64,000 nt of DNA. Origin: an uncultured bacterium (GTDB taxonomy: Bacteria; Fidelibacterota; Marinisomatia; Marinisomatales; UBA1611). The translations under genes and the position numbers were made by a program. The notes beneath the pieces were generated by a model. That model worked only from the letters and a program-made list of their open reading frames with translations. It did not search any database and was not told the DNA's origin. This document shows positions 49,088 to 60,029 of the stretch, piece after piece (position 1 is the first letter of the stretch; every line of letters starts with the position of its first letter). The stretch lies in the NCBI GenBank assembly GCA_965660855.1, contig CBFIBM010000005.1, positions 1,466-65,465 on the forward strand, given 5' to 3'.

Positions 49088-52000
49088 GAAGCTCGCCTTT
49101 AAAATTAAAAGAGTTATTATATCTATTATCATCCACGCCATTAATTGAAATAATGGAGGAAAAAGATTTAGTTATAAAATATTGAAATCTTGATTGAATA
49201 AATAAACTTTTTCCTAGGCCATAACCATTCGATGCCTCTGGAGGGATATAATTCAAATTATTATTTTCATTTACATATATCAGTTTAATTTGATTATCAA
49301 AGCTACCTCTTTTTATAAAAAAATATTTGCTTCTAATTGCAACCCCTCTTGAAATAGTTTCAAATTTTATATTTTGAAATTTGCCCTCATCAAAACCACC
49401 AAATATGCTTACATTAAAATCCATATATTTTTTATACCTATATTGCCATTCTAATTCATTCCACAAACTAGAAACTTTTCTTACAGGTTTATTTAAAAAA
49501 TCTGCTTCATAAGATTGCTTTTTAATTGAAAATTCATTTTCAATTAATACCGCTTTTTGAACTTTTTTATTAAATGTAATTCCATAAACTGTTTTATTTC
49601 TTAATTCATTTCCTCTTGGGTCTAAACCAGACATTGTACAATCACTATTAATCCAAAATCTATAATTATTTTTAGAATTAAATATTAATTCAGATCTGAA
49701 CTGAAAGTTTGCGAAAAGGATATCTTCGTTTTGAATACTCACCTTATAAAATTCAAATAATTGATTATAATTTCCTAAAAGATCTTGTCTCGTATTTATA
49801 TGAAAAATAATGTTTGAAAATTTATTAAACCATGGCAGGTTATATCTTACATCCTGTGTTCCTTGAAATTTTGTATTCTTCTTTTTTTCTCCAGTATAAA
49901 TATTATAAGAAATATAATCACCATTCGGATCAAGTATATACATATTAAAATTATTATCATATCTATACTCGCCGAGTCCAACACCTACTGAATCATATAT
50001 AGTGGCAAGTTCCTCACTTTGGGATATTTCTTTTCTACCTTGAATACTTAAACTTAATCCTTTTTCATAATTCCCATATGCAATTTTATAATCAGCAAGT
50101 GAATAGTTTAAATTATCTTGTCCTATTACTTTATTTAATGATGTTTTTATTCTTTTTTTGAATAATAATTTATTATCCCAACCACTATTTGACTTATAGT
50201 TATAATTGATAGTTGATACAATATCTCCAGTTTTTTTTTCGAATTTATCGTTAATATATTCTTCATTAATACGATTTTCAATGCCAGAATTAATACTCCA
50301 TTTAGAGGACGTTTTTTTAACTCCAACTGCAATTTTATTAAATCTTTTAAAAGAGCTCTCTTCTTCATTAAGAAAATTAATATAAGGAGTTATTCTTTGA
50401 TTATTAACTTGAAATTGAGTGTTTAACCTATGAAATTGATTACTAGTTGAGTTTTTTACTTTTATAAAATTGAAAAAAGAGCCTTTTAATAAATTATAAT
50501 TAATTTCAGAATTTAATTTTGTCCTTTTAAGAAATATAGCTTTATGTTTTAAAGTTGCAAATTCTAAAACAGAATTGCCGATAGAAAAATTATTTATTGA
50601 TGATTTGATTGATCTTTCTTTAATACTTTGATTTATCGCACTATCTAAATTCCAAAACCTAGAACGCTGAATTTGATTTTCTCTTGATATTGGTGAATAG
50701 TCATCTCCAAGAATATTTTCAATATATTCTAATTTAAATCTATTATCTAAAACTTTAATTGAATCAATCCTAGCATGAAAATTATAAGCTCGACCAATTT
50801 TATAAGAATTAGCATCCTCTAAATTGTTATTAACTTTTGTCCCTTTTAATTGCCAACCTATATTAAAATATTTATTAATAGAATAATTTGTATTTACATA
50901 TCCAAATTGTTTCTTTTTTGGAAATCTAAAAATATCATAAGGACTATAATAATCATTTCCTTTGATTTGATTGTCTGGATGCAAATAGGTGTAATATATT
51001 TGACCATCCTGTGATATTTCTCTTTTATATTCACCATTTGAATCATAATTAAAAACAACTGTATATCTTTCTAAATCATTATAATTCTTTAATGGATCAA
51101 AAATAAATATTGAATCTAAAAAAATATATTTACCATTTTCATCAAGTTCAAAAGTCTCAATTTTTAATTCATTTAAATTTTCACTAATTAAGCTTTCATT
51201 AAAATTATTAGGAATTATATCTTTATTATAAATATCAGATTCCTCATATAAACCAAATGATATTTCACCAGATCCAAACTTCTTATTTTTCACGCTTCCA
51301 CCAATAAAACTTTTTTCATATTTGAAGTCAGAATATTCAAATTCAACATATATCCTTGAATCATCGTGAATTAAATTTTTTGGTGTAAAAAAAACTCTTC
51401 CCATTGAATAATCTATCGTATAATCATAATTTTCTCCCCTAATTAATTTTTTACCATCAATCCATATTTTCTCTGTACCTGATAAAATAATAATATCTTT
51501 ACTACCATTGAGACTTATCAATTGATATGGCCCCTGATCTCCATCTCTTCCATAAAGTTCTAAAGATCTGAAAATACCTTTGGATCCAGAATAAACGGAA
51601 GAAATAGTTATATCATTCACATCAAAAGAACTCTGTAATCCTACAAGTTTTTTTTGAATATTAATTGATTCTAGAGAATCCTTAAAATAAATATCACCAG
51701 CATTTAAATTAAAATTAGGGTGATTAATATTTAAAAATACCCTATCTAATTCATCTAAGTCTTTGGTTGTCCCCTCAGGTTGTATTGAGATATCCTGATC
51801 AGATATTACACCACTAATCTTAATATCATCTCCTAATGTTCCATTGATTTGCATTTGAATACCTCCGGACAGATTTGAACCTCCATAAGGAGACATATTT
51901 ATATTTCGAAAAAATGAACCTGATGAATAAAAATTATTTGTGTTATAAAAATATACTTTTTTATCTGTTATATTATTTTTATTAAGTTTAGAGGTATCAC

Positions 52001-52337
52001 TTAAAGAAGGTAAACTTTTCCACCTTGGCCCTATTAAGTTAGGAATAATTCCTTTTAAATATTGATATTCTACAGTTACAATTTTTTTATCAATAGTGTC
52101 TGGAATTGTTATAAAAAGCTTAGATTTAGAAAAGTTGAAATTTTTAATTTCCACTTTTTTTTCTTTTATTCTTACATCTATTGTAGATTCAATTATAAAT
52201 GATTTCGATAAATTTAAGACAGATAGCGTATCATTCAATATGAAGGTATCAATTGCTAGAGTACTTGTAGTTTGAGAAAATATTTTATAACAAACTAAAA
52301 TAAATAAATTAATATATAAACATTTTCTAATAAACAT
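49074..52337 (-). CDS. Large (1087 aa) outer-membrane protein with SprA-like internal motif
   Basis: Signal peptide, IQPEGTT, GDQGPYQL...GTEKIWIDGKKLIRGENYDYTIDYSMGRVFF, beta-rich C-terminus ending GELRAYF. Confidence 0.7.
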   Translation of the reverse strand: MFIRKCLYINLFILVCYKIFSQTTSTLAIDTFILNDTLSVLNLSKSFIIESTIDVRIKEKKVEIKNFNFSKSKLFITIPDTIDKKIVTVEYQYLKGIIPNLIGPRWKSLPSLSDTSKLNKNNITDKKVYFYNTNNFYSSGSFFRNINMSPYGGSNLSGGIQMQINGTLGDDIKISGVISDQDISIQPEGTTKDLDELDRVFLNINHPNFNLNAGDIYFKDSLESINIQKKLVGLQSSFDVNDITISSVYSGSKGIFRSLELYGRDGDQGPYQLISLNGSKDIIILSGTEKIWIDGKKLIRGENYDYTIDYSMGRVFFTPKNLIHDDSRIYVEFEYSDFKYEKSFIGGSVKNKKFGSGEISFGLYEESDIYNKDIIPNNFNESLISENLNELKIETFELDENGKYIFLDSIFIFDPLKNYNDLERYTVVFNYDSNGEYKREISQDGQIYYTYLHPDNQIKGNDYYSPYDIFRFPKKKQFGYVNTNYSINKYFNIGWQLKGTKVNNNLEDANSYKIGRAYNFHARIDSIKVLDNRFKLEYIENILGDDYSPISRENQIQRSRFWNLDSAINQSIKERSIKSSINNFSIGNSVLEFATLKHKAIFLKRTKLNSEINYNLLKGSFFNFIKVKNSTSNQFHRLNTQFQVNNQRITPYINFLNEEESSFKRFNKIAVGVKKTSSKWSINSGIENRINEEYINDKFEKKTGDIVSTINYNYKSNSGWDNKLLFKKRIKTSLNKVIGQDNLNYSLADYKIAYGNYEKGLSLSIQGRKEISQSEELATIYDSVGVGLGEYRYDNNFNMYILDPNGDYISYNIYTGEKKKNTKFQGTQDVRYNLPWFNKFSNIIFHINTRQDLLGNYNQLFEFYKVSIQNEDILFANFQFRSELIFNSKNNYRFWINSDCTMSGLDPRGNELRNKTVYGITFNKKVQKAVLIENEFSIKKQSYEADFLNKPVRKVSSLWNELEWQYRYKKYMDFNVSIFGGFDEGKFQNIKFETISRGVAIRSKYFFIKRGSFDNQIKLIYVNENNNLNYIPPEASNGYGLGKSLFIQSRFQYFITKSFSSIISINGVDDNRYNNSFNFKGELRAYF

Positions 52338-53160
52338 CCATAAACAATATATGGTCTTTAGTTAAAACAGCTAAAGATTGGTTAATATTTTTTATATCTA
52401 TAATTGTATTATAACCAAGATCAATATAATATTTAGTTTTATCACCAAGTTTGAAAGCATTACCATGATTATTAAAAATTAGCCAATCAGAACTGTATGA
52501 AATTAAATATTTACTATCAATTAACTGATTTGAGTATGTATTTTTTTTCATACCATTTTGATTAAAAATAGTTAGTTTCCCATCACAACTTAATATTCCT
52601 ATATCACCATTCTCATTTATATTTAAGTCATTTAAACAAAGATTAGTACCAAATTCTTTAAAAAAGTTAATAAATAAGCTTTCATCCAGAGAACCATTTG
52701 AAAATAAAAATAGTCCATTAAATGATTTTGAATACATAATTATATCACCCCACGGAAAAACAGCGGCTTTATTGGGATATATATTTTTTTCTAATTTGAT
52801 AGATTGAATATGATTGAGATTAAAATCTAAGTGTATAAGTGTATTTTCTAACCTATCTAGAACTTTAACCCCATCATGAAAACTATCCATCCAAATATAA
52901 TCTCCATATATAAATTCGTTATTTACCAACCCACCAGAAAACTTAATTTTATTTTGCTCACTGATTTCAATTATTATTCTTTTAGATTTATCTAATATTA
53001 AAATTCCATTAGCGAAAGATCCTGTAAAACTACTTGCTTTAAAATCATATTTTTTAACAGTTTTTGGGATAAGCTTCGATTCAATAATCTTAATTTTTTT
53101 CTCAGAAAATATTAAATTATTGAAAAGGATAAATAAGTATATGAATCTATGTTTTATCAG
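52327..53160 (-). CDS. Hypothetical exported protein, possibly beta-propeller-like, with non-canonical start
   Basis: The frame is open for 77 codons upstream of the ORF-track TTG, up to CTG 53160/ATA 53157 behind a GAGGA RBS, and this adds a signal-like N-terminus. Confidence 0.6.
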   Translation of the reverse strand: MIKHRFIYLFILFNNLIFSEKKIKIIESKLIPKTVKKYDFKASSFTGSFANGILILDKSKRIIIEISEQNKIKFSGGLVNNEFIYGDYIWMDSFHDGVKVLDRLENTLIHLDFNLNHIQSIKLEKNIYPNKAAVFPWGDIIMYSKSFNGLFLFSNGSLDESLFINFFKEFGTNLCLNDLNINENGDIGILSCDGKLTIFNQNGMKKNTYSNQLIDSKYLISYSSDWLIFNNHGNAFKLGDKTKYYIDLGYNTIIDIKNINQSLAVLTKDHILFMDVY

Positions 53161-53998
53161 ATTCCTCTAATTTTATCGGTTGAATAATAAAATATATTCC
53201 AATTAAAACCATTAAAGCGGATAAAATTTGTGCACCAGAGAATAGATCAAATAAATATTTCTCATTTGTTCTCAAAAATTCAATGATAAATCTTTCAGAG
53301 CCTGCTAAAATCAAATATGTGAAAAATAAAGATCCTTGATGCTTTATTTTTGTTCTACTTTTCCATAAAAATATAAAAATAAGGGTACAAATAAAAGTTT
53401 CATATATTTGTGTTGGATGAACGGATAATAAACCTGGTGAAAAATTAGAAAGATCAATCCAAGGGTACCTATACTCAAAAACGTCATATGTCGTCGGCGG
53501 GAGTCCATTTGGAAAGGAAATACCCCATGGTAAATTTGTTGGAATACCGTAATCATCTCCTACTAGAAAACATCCAATTCGCCCTATTGCATAACCTAAA
53601 ATAATTAAAGGTGCTAAAATATCAGCAAACAGTAACCATGGTAAATTATATTTATTAAGTATCATAGATACTGCGATCACTGCTCCAATAAGGCCACCAA
53701 TAAAAACTAATCCAGCTCCACTAAAAATCATTCCAAAAGGATCTGAAGATGATAACAAGTCGTCTAAGTTCTCTAAGATATAGTAAGTCTTTGCACCCAA
53801 GATTCCTCCCAAAGCAGACCAAAAAATAATATCTGATGCTAATTTCTCTTTATAGCCAAATCTTTTAAAGTCATAATTCAAAAGGAAATAACAAGTATAA
53901 AAAGCAACTACTAGCATTAATCCAAAAGAATAAATTGCCAATTTAAATTTAAAGCCTAAAATATTTACTATTCCAAAATCAAAAATTATAGGATACAT
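53147..53998 (-). CDS. lgt: Prolipoprotein diacylglyceryl transferase
   Basis: MYPII, GLVFIGG, AIGRIGCFLVGDDYG, HPTQIYE, RFIIEFLR. Confidence 0.93.
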   Translation of the reverse strand: MYPIIFDFGIVNILGFKFKLAIYSFGLMLVVAFYTCYFLLNYDFKRFGYKEKLASDIIFWSALGGILGAKTYYILENLDDLLSSSDPFGMIFSGAGLVFIGGLIGAVIAVSMILNKYNLPWLLFADILAPLIILGYAIGRIGCFLVGDDYGIPTNLPWGISFPNGLPPTTYDVFEYRYPWIDLSNFSPGLLSVHPTQIYETFICTLIFIFLWKSRTKIKHQGSLFFTYLILAGSERFIIEFLRTNEKYLFDLFSGAQILSALMVLIGIYFIIQPIKLEESDKT

Positions 53999-54074
53999 CT
54001 TATTATAAATTCCTCACATAAAGCTTTTAACTGAAGGCTTTAAATTACATTATCTGTAATTATATCAAAAATAA

Positions 54075-54794
54075 TCATTCCGTAGTTATTTTTGTTAATA
54101 TTATCAAATCATAAATTGAATGAGACCATGCTGTTATACCAAACCCTCTTAATAAATATAAAATACCTAAAAATACACCTGCCAAAAATCTCACCATAAA
54201 TATTTTGAATGAAAAAAAATCTCCAAATTCACCAATAAAATGGAACGCAGAAAAAATACCTGCAGAGATAATGATTGCTATGATACTTACATTATTTTTA
54301 CTCCATTTAAAAATCATGGTTAAAATTGAAGACATAATAAAAACCAAAACAACACGAAAAAGAAATTCTTCATATATACCCGCACCAATTGCAAGTGTAA
54401 TTTGCTGTATTAAAAGCTCACCATTTGGGTTCATTAACAAAATATTCATGTTGGACATTAGAACAAATAAAACATATGACCAAAAAAAGCTTTCCAAGGT
54501 CATTATAAAAAAATAATTACCAACAATTACTGATTCTTTCCATTTCTTTTTTTGAAGAATAAAAGAAATTATAAAAACTATAAAAAAAAGACCACCCAAC
54601 CAGTATAATCCAATTATCCCAAACCTAGATAAGGCTTGACGCATCAGAGCATCTGCACCATTTCTAATGACAGCCAAGTCATCTTGAGATGTGAAAAGAA
54701 TACCTATTTCATAAAATACAAAATACGGTAGGGTAAAAAGAAAGCTGTATAATGGTGTTTTTGAAAATTTCCAATAATTTATTAATTGAATCAA
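54075..54794 (-). CDS. CPBP (CAAX/Rce1-like) intramembrane glutamic endopeptidase
   Basis: AGIYEEFLFR, FSAFH and HSIYD motifs. TTG start overlaps the lepA stop. Confidence 0.85.
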   Translation of the reverse strand: MIQLINYWKFSKTPLYSFLFTLPYFVFYEIGILFTSQDDLAVIRNGADALMRQALSRFGIIGLYWLGGLFFIVFIISFILQKKKWKESVIVGNYFFIMTLESFFWSYVLFVLMSNMNILLMNPNGELLIQQITLAIGAGIYEEFLFRVVLVFIMSSILTMIFKWSKNNVSIIAIIISAGIFSAFHFIGEFGDFFSFKIFMVRFLAGVFLGILYLLRGFGITAWSHSIYDLIILTKITTE

Positions 54795-56593
54795 TCGTTT
54801 TGTACCTGTAAAACAGCTAATAATGCTTCTTGAGGAACTTCTACTTTCCCTATCATTTTCATCCTTTTTTTACCTTTCTTTTGTTTCTCCCATAATTTTC
54901 TTTTTCTTGAAATATCTCCACCGTAACATTTTGCAGTAACATTTTTCTTAAGCGCTTTAACTGTTGATCTTGCTATAATTCGTCTATTAAGAGAAGCTTG
55001 AATCGCAACTTCAAACATTTGCCGTGGAATTAACTCTTTAAGTTTACTACATAAAGCAACGCCTCTATGATATGCATCATCTGAGTGGCAGATAATTGAT
55101 AAAGCATCTACAGGTTCATCATGAATTAAAATATCTAATTTTTGAAGACTGGCTTCCTTAAATTTTTTGAATTCATAATCAAATGAGGCATAACCACTTG
55201 ATAAGGATTTTAACCTATCATAAAAATCAAAAATGATTTCACCTAAAGGTAAATCATAGTGCACTGAAGCTTTTTCTGGAGACAAGTAGTTAGTGGTTTT
55301 GTAAATACCTCTTTTCTTTTGACACAAAGTCATTACACCTCCAAGATATTCTTTTGGAGTTATTATCTCAGCTCGCACAATTGGCTCTAAAATATTCTCT
55401 ATTGCACCAGAACCAGGCATTTTAGCTGGTGTATCAACACTTATAGTTTCTCCACTGCGTGTGTTGATTTTATAGACAACATTTGGAGTTGTTGTAACAA
55501 GATCTAAATTGAATTCACGTTCCAATCTTTCTTGAATAATCTCCATATGAAGAAGGCCTAAAAACCCACATCGAAACCCAAAACCAAGAGCCTCACTTGT
55601 TTCTGGAGTAAAATCCAATGAGGCATCATTTAATTTAAGCTTTTCGAGCGCCCGGCGTAATTGATCATAATCGTCTGAATCTGCTGGATATAATCCTGAG
55701 AAAACCATAGCTTTAATTTTTTTGTATCCAGGCAATCTTTCCTTAGCTTCATTTTTCTTTGTTGTTATGGTATCACCTGGTTCGATGTGACTCATGTCTC
55801 TAATACTTGCTACAATATAGCCAACCTCTCCAGATTTGAGTTCATTAGTTTTTACTTTATCAAGAATAAAATGCCCCGTCTCGATTATTTCATATTCTCT
55901 ATCATGTGAAAAAAACTTTATAGACATCCCAGGTTTCAATATACCATCAAAGATTCTTACATAAGGTATGGCTCCTTTATAATTATCATACATAGAATCA
56001 AAGATTAATGCCCTCGTTTTATTTTTTGAATTATCTGGAGGTGGTTTAATTCTATTTATAATAGAATCAAAAATTTCCTTTATACCTATTCCACTTTTTG
56101 CACTAGCTTGAATTATTTCTGATTCATCACACCCAATGAGCTCAACAATTTGATTTTGAACCTCTTCAACCATTGCTGATTTTAAATCAACTTTGTTAAT
56201 TATAGGTATTACTGTTAAGTTATTCTCAATAGCCAAATAAGTATTAGAGACAGTTTGTGCTTCTACTCCTTGTGCTGCATCAACCAATAAAAGTACGCCT
56301 TCACAAGCTGCAAGGGACCTTGAAACTTCATAACTAAAATCAACATGACCAGGTGTATCAATTAAATTCAAGACATAAATATCACCATCTGAATGTTTAT
56401 ATTCCATTCTTATTGGATGACTTTTGATGGTTATACCGCGCTCTCTTTCAAGATCCATACTATCTAACACTTGATTTTTCATTTCTTTTTGAGTTAAAGT
56501 ATTTGTCTCTTCTAACAATCTATCTGCTAATGTTGATTTTCCATGGTCAATATGTGCAATAATGCAAAAATTTCTAATATTTTTAGTATTCAT
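54791..56593 (-). CDS. lepA: Elongation factor 4
   Basis: IRNFCIIAHIDHGKSTLADR, GFRCGFLGLLH, AKCYGGDISRKRKL. Confidence 0.98.
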   Translation of the reverse strand: MNTKNIRNFCIIAHIDHGKSTLADRLLEETNTLTQKEMKNQVLDSMDLERERGITIKSHPIRMEYKHSDGDIYVLNLIDTPGHVDFSYEVSRSLAACEGVLLLVDAAQGVEAQTVSNTYLAIENNLTVIPIINKVDLKSAMVEEVQNQIVELIGCDESEIIQASAKSGIGIKEIFDSIINRIKPPPDNSKNKTRALIFDSMYDNYKGAIPYVRIFDGILKPGMSIKFFSHDREYEIIETGHFILDKVKTNELKSGEVGYIVASIRDMSHIEPGDTITTKKNEAKERLPGYKKIKAMVFSGLYPADSDDYDQLRRALEKLKLNDASLDFTPETSEALGFGFRCGFLGLLHMEIIQERLEREFNLDLVTTTPNVVYKINTRSGETISVDTPAKMPGSGAIENILEPIVRAEIITPKEYLGGVMTLCQKKRGIYKTTNYLSPEKASVHYDLPLGEIIFDFYDRLKSLSSGYASFDYEFKKFKEASLQKLDILIHDEPVDALSIICHSDDAYHRGVALCSKLKELIPRQMFEVAIQASLNRRIIARSTVKALKKNVTAKCYGGDISRKRKLWEKQKKGKKRMKMIGKVEVPQEALLAVLQVQND

Positions 56594-56637
56594 CTAATCT
56601 AATTTGTGTTTTCCAAATATAAGAAGTCAGATAATAG

Positions 56638-57078
56638 TTATTTACTATAAACACTATTATATCTTTGTTGAGATCTTAGTAATCTAGAATTTGCTTTTTT
56701 CTTATCACCATCTTGGTGAAGGGAAACAATTCTTAGTGCTTCCATAATAGGAATATTTGTGTTATCTGAATTAGTGTAAAAAGCATCTAAATGCATCGAG
56801 ATAATTTGAATATTATACCCTACTTCCTCTGAAAGATATTCATTTATTATATCATAGTATCTTTCAATATAATAGGGCTCAACCCAATTATCATTATGCA
56901 TATACTGTTTTTTTACTTCCGATTTGTGATGTGCTTTTAACTTTGAGATTGCTCCAAATGCACCATTAATAAATGCTATTTTTTCATTTTCATTATAGCT
57001 TGACCAAAATTGTGCAGGAGATTTATCTTTTGAAAACAAGCTAGACATAAAAAAAATTATTACATATTTAAAAAACAT
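56638..57078 (-). CDS. Hypothetical exported protein
   Basis: 146-aa ORF with a signal-like N-terminus, located between nadE and lepA. Confidence 0.65.
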   Translation of the reverse strand: MFFKYVIIFFMSSLFSKDKSPAQFWSSYNENEKIAFINGAFGAISKLKAHHKSEVKKQYMHNDNWVEPYYIERYYDIINEYLSEEVGYNIQIISMHLDAFYTNSDNTNIPIMEALRIVSLHQDGDKKKANSRLLRSQQRYNSVYSK

Positions 57079-57084
57079 ATTTTT

Positions 57085-58695
57085 CTATCCTTTGAAATGA
57101 TTTACGATAGGTATCCTTCTACCTAAGCCAAATGCTTTTTTGGATATTTTAAATCCAATGGGCGATTGCCTTCTTTTGAATTCCATAGACTTGATTCTAT
57201 TGTAAATAAACGTTACCAAATCTTTATCAAATCCATCTTCTATTAATTCTTTCGGAGATTTATGTTTTTCTATAAGTTCATCTACCATAGGACTTACTAT
57301 ATTATAATCAAAAGGATCTACTTGATTATACGCTAATTCTGCGGATGGTGGCTTGTTAATTATATTCTCAGGAATAAGATCTGGATAATTTTGATTAATC
57401 CATTTTGCTAATTTATAGACTTGCATTTTACTCAAATCAGAAATTACTGATAAACCTCCACTCATATCACCATAAAGGGTACAATAACCTAATGCCAATT
57501 CAGTTTTATTTCCTGTAGATAATAATAACCAGTTAAATTTATTTGATAATGCCATCAAAATATTGCCCCTTACTCTAGCCTGAATATTTTCCTCAGTTAC
57601 ATCAATCTTAGTACCAATAAAGTGAGGCTTAAGGCTACTTCCAATAACATTAACTACATCATTAATTTTTATAACTCTATGATCTACATTTAAATTTTTT
57701 GATAATTTAATTGCATCATCTAAACTGTGCTTAGATGAGTATTTTGATGGCAGAGAGATAGTATGTACTTTTGATGATGAAAGAGCTTCGGATGCTATGC
57801 ATGCTACAACAGCACTGTCTATTCCACCAGAAAGCCCTAATACAGCTTCATTATGACCTGTTTTTTTAAAATAATCTCTTATCCCTAAACTCAATGCTTT
57901 AAAAAACTGTTCTTCTTCAGGTTCGCTTATAAATTGAGTTTTTTTCTGTTTTCCTTTAAAATCAACGAGGATTATGTCCTCTTTGAATGATTTACCATTT
58001 GCTACTAATTCAGAATTTTGATTAAACGCTAATGAAGAACCATCAAAAATTAATTCATCCTGACCTCCAACCATATTACAGTAAATAAAAGGTTTATTAA
58101 ATTTGTCAACTTTTTGTTTAATTAAATTAATTCTTTCATTTATTTTATTTTTACTAAATGGAGACGACGAAATATTAATAAATAAGTCAGCTCCAGAGTT
58201 ATGTTGTACCTCAGTAACTTTATAGTCGTAGTCAGTATCCCATAAATCTTCGCAAATTTGAAGTCCTATTTTTATTATTTTATTTTCGATTGGTATTTTT
58301 ACTATTTCATTATTTACTCCTTTGTTGAAATACCTAGTTTCATCAAATACATCATATGAAGGTAATAGAGTTTTATCATAAATACTTTGAACTGAACCAT
58401 TGTAACAGACTGCAGCTGAATTATACAAATCACCATTATCACCAAGTCTTACAAACCCAAAAATTATTGGAGTTGTTGATTTTCTACTAATTTTTTCAGC
58501 ACATTCAATATTAAATTTTACAAAATCGTTATCAAACAAAAGATCTTGAGGAGGATAACCTGTAATTGATAGCTCTGGAAATACAATGATATTAGGATTT
58601 AAGTCTAATAAGCTAAAGTAATTATGTAATATTTTATCAGTATTTTCTTTACAGCCTCCAACCAGTGAATTAATCTGACATATAGCAATTTTCAT
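57085..58695 (-). CDS. nadE: Glutamine-dependent NAD+ synthetase
   Basis: Nitrilase domain (FPELSITGYPP, ICEDLW) plus LGLSGGIDS, ENIQARVRG, TGNKTE, PPSAEL. Confidence 0.96.
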   Translation of the reverse strand: MKIAICQINSLVGGCKENTDKILHNYFSLLDLNPNIIVFPELSITGYPPQDLLFDNDFVKFNIECAEKISRKSTTPIIFGFVRLGDNGDLYNSAAVCYNGSVQSIYDKTLLPSYDVFDETRYFNKGVNNEIVKIPIENKIIKIGLQICEDLWDTDYDYKVTEVQHNSGADLFINISSSPFSKNKINERINLIKQKVDKFNKPFIYCNMVGGQDELIFDGSSLAFNQNSELVANGKSFKEDIILVDFKGKQKKTQFISEPEEEQFFKALSLGIRDYFKKTGHNEAVLGLSGGIDSAVVACIASEALSSSKVHTISLPSKYSSKHSLDDAIKLSKNLNVDHRVIKINDVVNVIGSSLKPHFIGTKIDVTEENIQARVRGNILMALSNKFNWLLLSTGNKTELALGYCTLYGDMSGGLSVISDLSKMQVYKLAKWINQNYPDLIPENIINKPPSAELAYNQVDPFDYNIVSPMVDELIEKHKSPKELIEDGFDKDLVTFIYNRIKSMEFKRRQSPIGFKISKKAFGLGRRIPIVNHFKG

Positions 58696-58717
58696 TAATT
58701 TATTTCCATAAAATATA

Positions 58718-60013
58718 TTATGGCTCTAGCCGGCTCATAGTTCGAGGGAATGGAATAGTTTCTCTAATATGTTTTGTTCCACAAATCCAAGCGACGGTAC
58801 GCTCCAAACCTAAGCCAAAACCAGAGTGAGGAACAGAGCCATATTTTCTTAAATCTAAGTACCATTTAAATGGCTCAAGTGGTAAATCATGATGTCTAAT
58901 TCTTTTAGTAAGAATTTCAATATTATCTTCTCGCTGACCACCACCTATAATTTCACCATATCCTTCCGGTGCTATCATATCAACACCAAGAGCTAAATTC
59001 TTATTTATTTCATCTCTTTTCATATAAAATGCTTTTATATCCGCAGGCCAACTGTGGATAAGAATTGGTTTTTCGAATTGCTTACTTAGAATTGTTTCAT
59101 CAGAAGCACCAAAATCATTTCCATGCTCAAATTCAGAACCATTATCATGAAGAATTTTAACAGCTTCATCATAAGTTAATCTAGGGAAAGGACCTTTAAT
59201 ATTTTGTAGCTTCGTAATATCTCTTTCTAGCGTATCTAGTTCTTTATATGAAGTAGTTAAAACTTGGCTAACTATGTATGCTACCAATTTTTCAGCCCAC
59301 TTCATGTTTTCATCAAGATCAACGAAAGCCATTTCAGGTTCAACCATCCAAAACTCTGTAAGGTGTCTTCTCGTTTTAGATTTTTCAGCACGAAATGTTG
59401 GTCCAAAACAATAAGTTTTTCCAAAGGCAGTAGCACCAGCTTCTTGGTATAATTGTCCACTTTGTGTTAAATAAGCAGAACGTTCAAAGTAATCAACTTC
59501 AAACAAAGTTGTTGTTCCCTCAACTGCATTTGCTGTAAATATTGGAGAATCAATTAAAGTAAAATCATTTGAATCAAAAAAGTCTCTTATTGCTTTTACT
59601 ACTTGATGTCTAATCCTCATTATTGCATTTTGCCTTTTTGACCTTAACCAGAGATGCCTATTTGACATTAAAAAATCAGCACCATGTTCTTTTGGTGAAA
59701 TTGGAAATTCCTCAGTAACATGGTTAACGATAATAATCTCTTTAATAGCAAGTTCGAACCCTCCTATAGACCTTGGTTCTTTTTTTACAATTCCATTTAA
59801 AATAACAGAATCTTCTTGATTTAATTTTTGTTCTAGTTGGAAAGCTTCATCACTTGCTTCTCCTTTTACCACTACACCTTGAAGCAAACCAGTACCATCA
59901 CGGAGAATAATAAACCAAATTTTTCCAATACTTCGAGTGTTGTAGACCCAACCTCTTAATTCTACTTCTTTTCCATCATAGTCTGATAAGTCTTTAATTT
60001 TTACTGTATTCAT
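58718..60013 (-). CDS. asnS: Asparagine--tRNA ligase
   Basis: RHLWLRS, YLTQSGQLY, FRAEKSKTRRHLTEFWM, EIIGGGQRE, PHSGFGLGLER. Confidence 0.95.
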   Translation of the reverse strand: MNTVKIKDLSDYDGKEVELRGWVYNTRSIGKIWFIILRDGTGLLQGVVVKGEASDEAFQLEQKLNQEDSVILNGIVKKEPRSIGGFELAIKEIIIVNHVTEEFPISPKEHGADFLMSNRHLWLRSKRQNAIMRIRHQVVKAIRDFFDSNDFTLIDSPIFTANAVEGTTTLFEVDYFERSAYLTQSGQLYQEAGATAFGKTYCFGPTFRAEKSKTRRHLTEFWMVEPEMAFVDLDENMKWAEKLVAYIVSQVLTTSYKELDTLERDITKLQNIKGPFPRLTYDEAVKILHDNGSEFEHGNDFGASDETILSKQFEKPILIHSWPADIKAFYMKRDEINKNLALGVDMIAPEGYGEIIGGGQREDNIEILTKRIRHHDLPLEPFKWYLDLRKYGSVPHSGFGLGLERTVAWICGTKHIRETIPFPRTMSRLEP

Positions 60014-60029
60014 TTTTTTAATAATTCCT

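Noticed and set aside
54075..54794. Abortive-infection defence gene
   Set aside because: The CPBP family name Abi is historical, and the context (lepA-lgt) is housekeeping.
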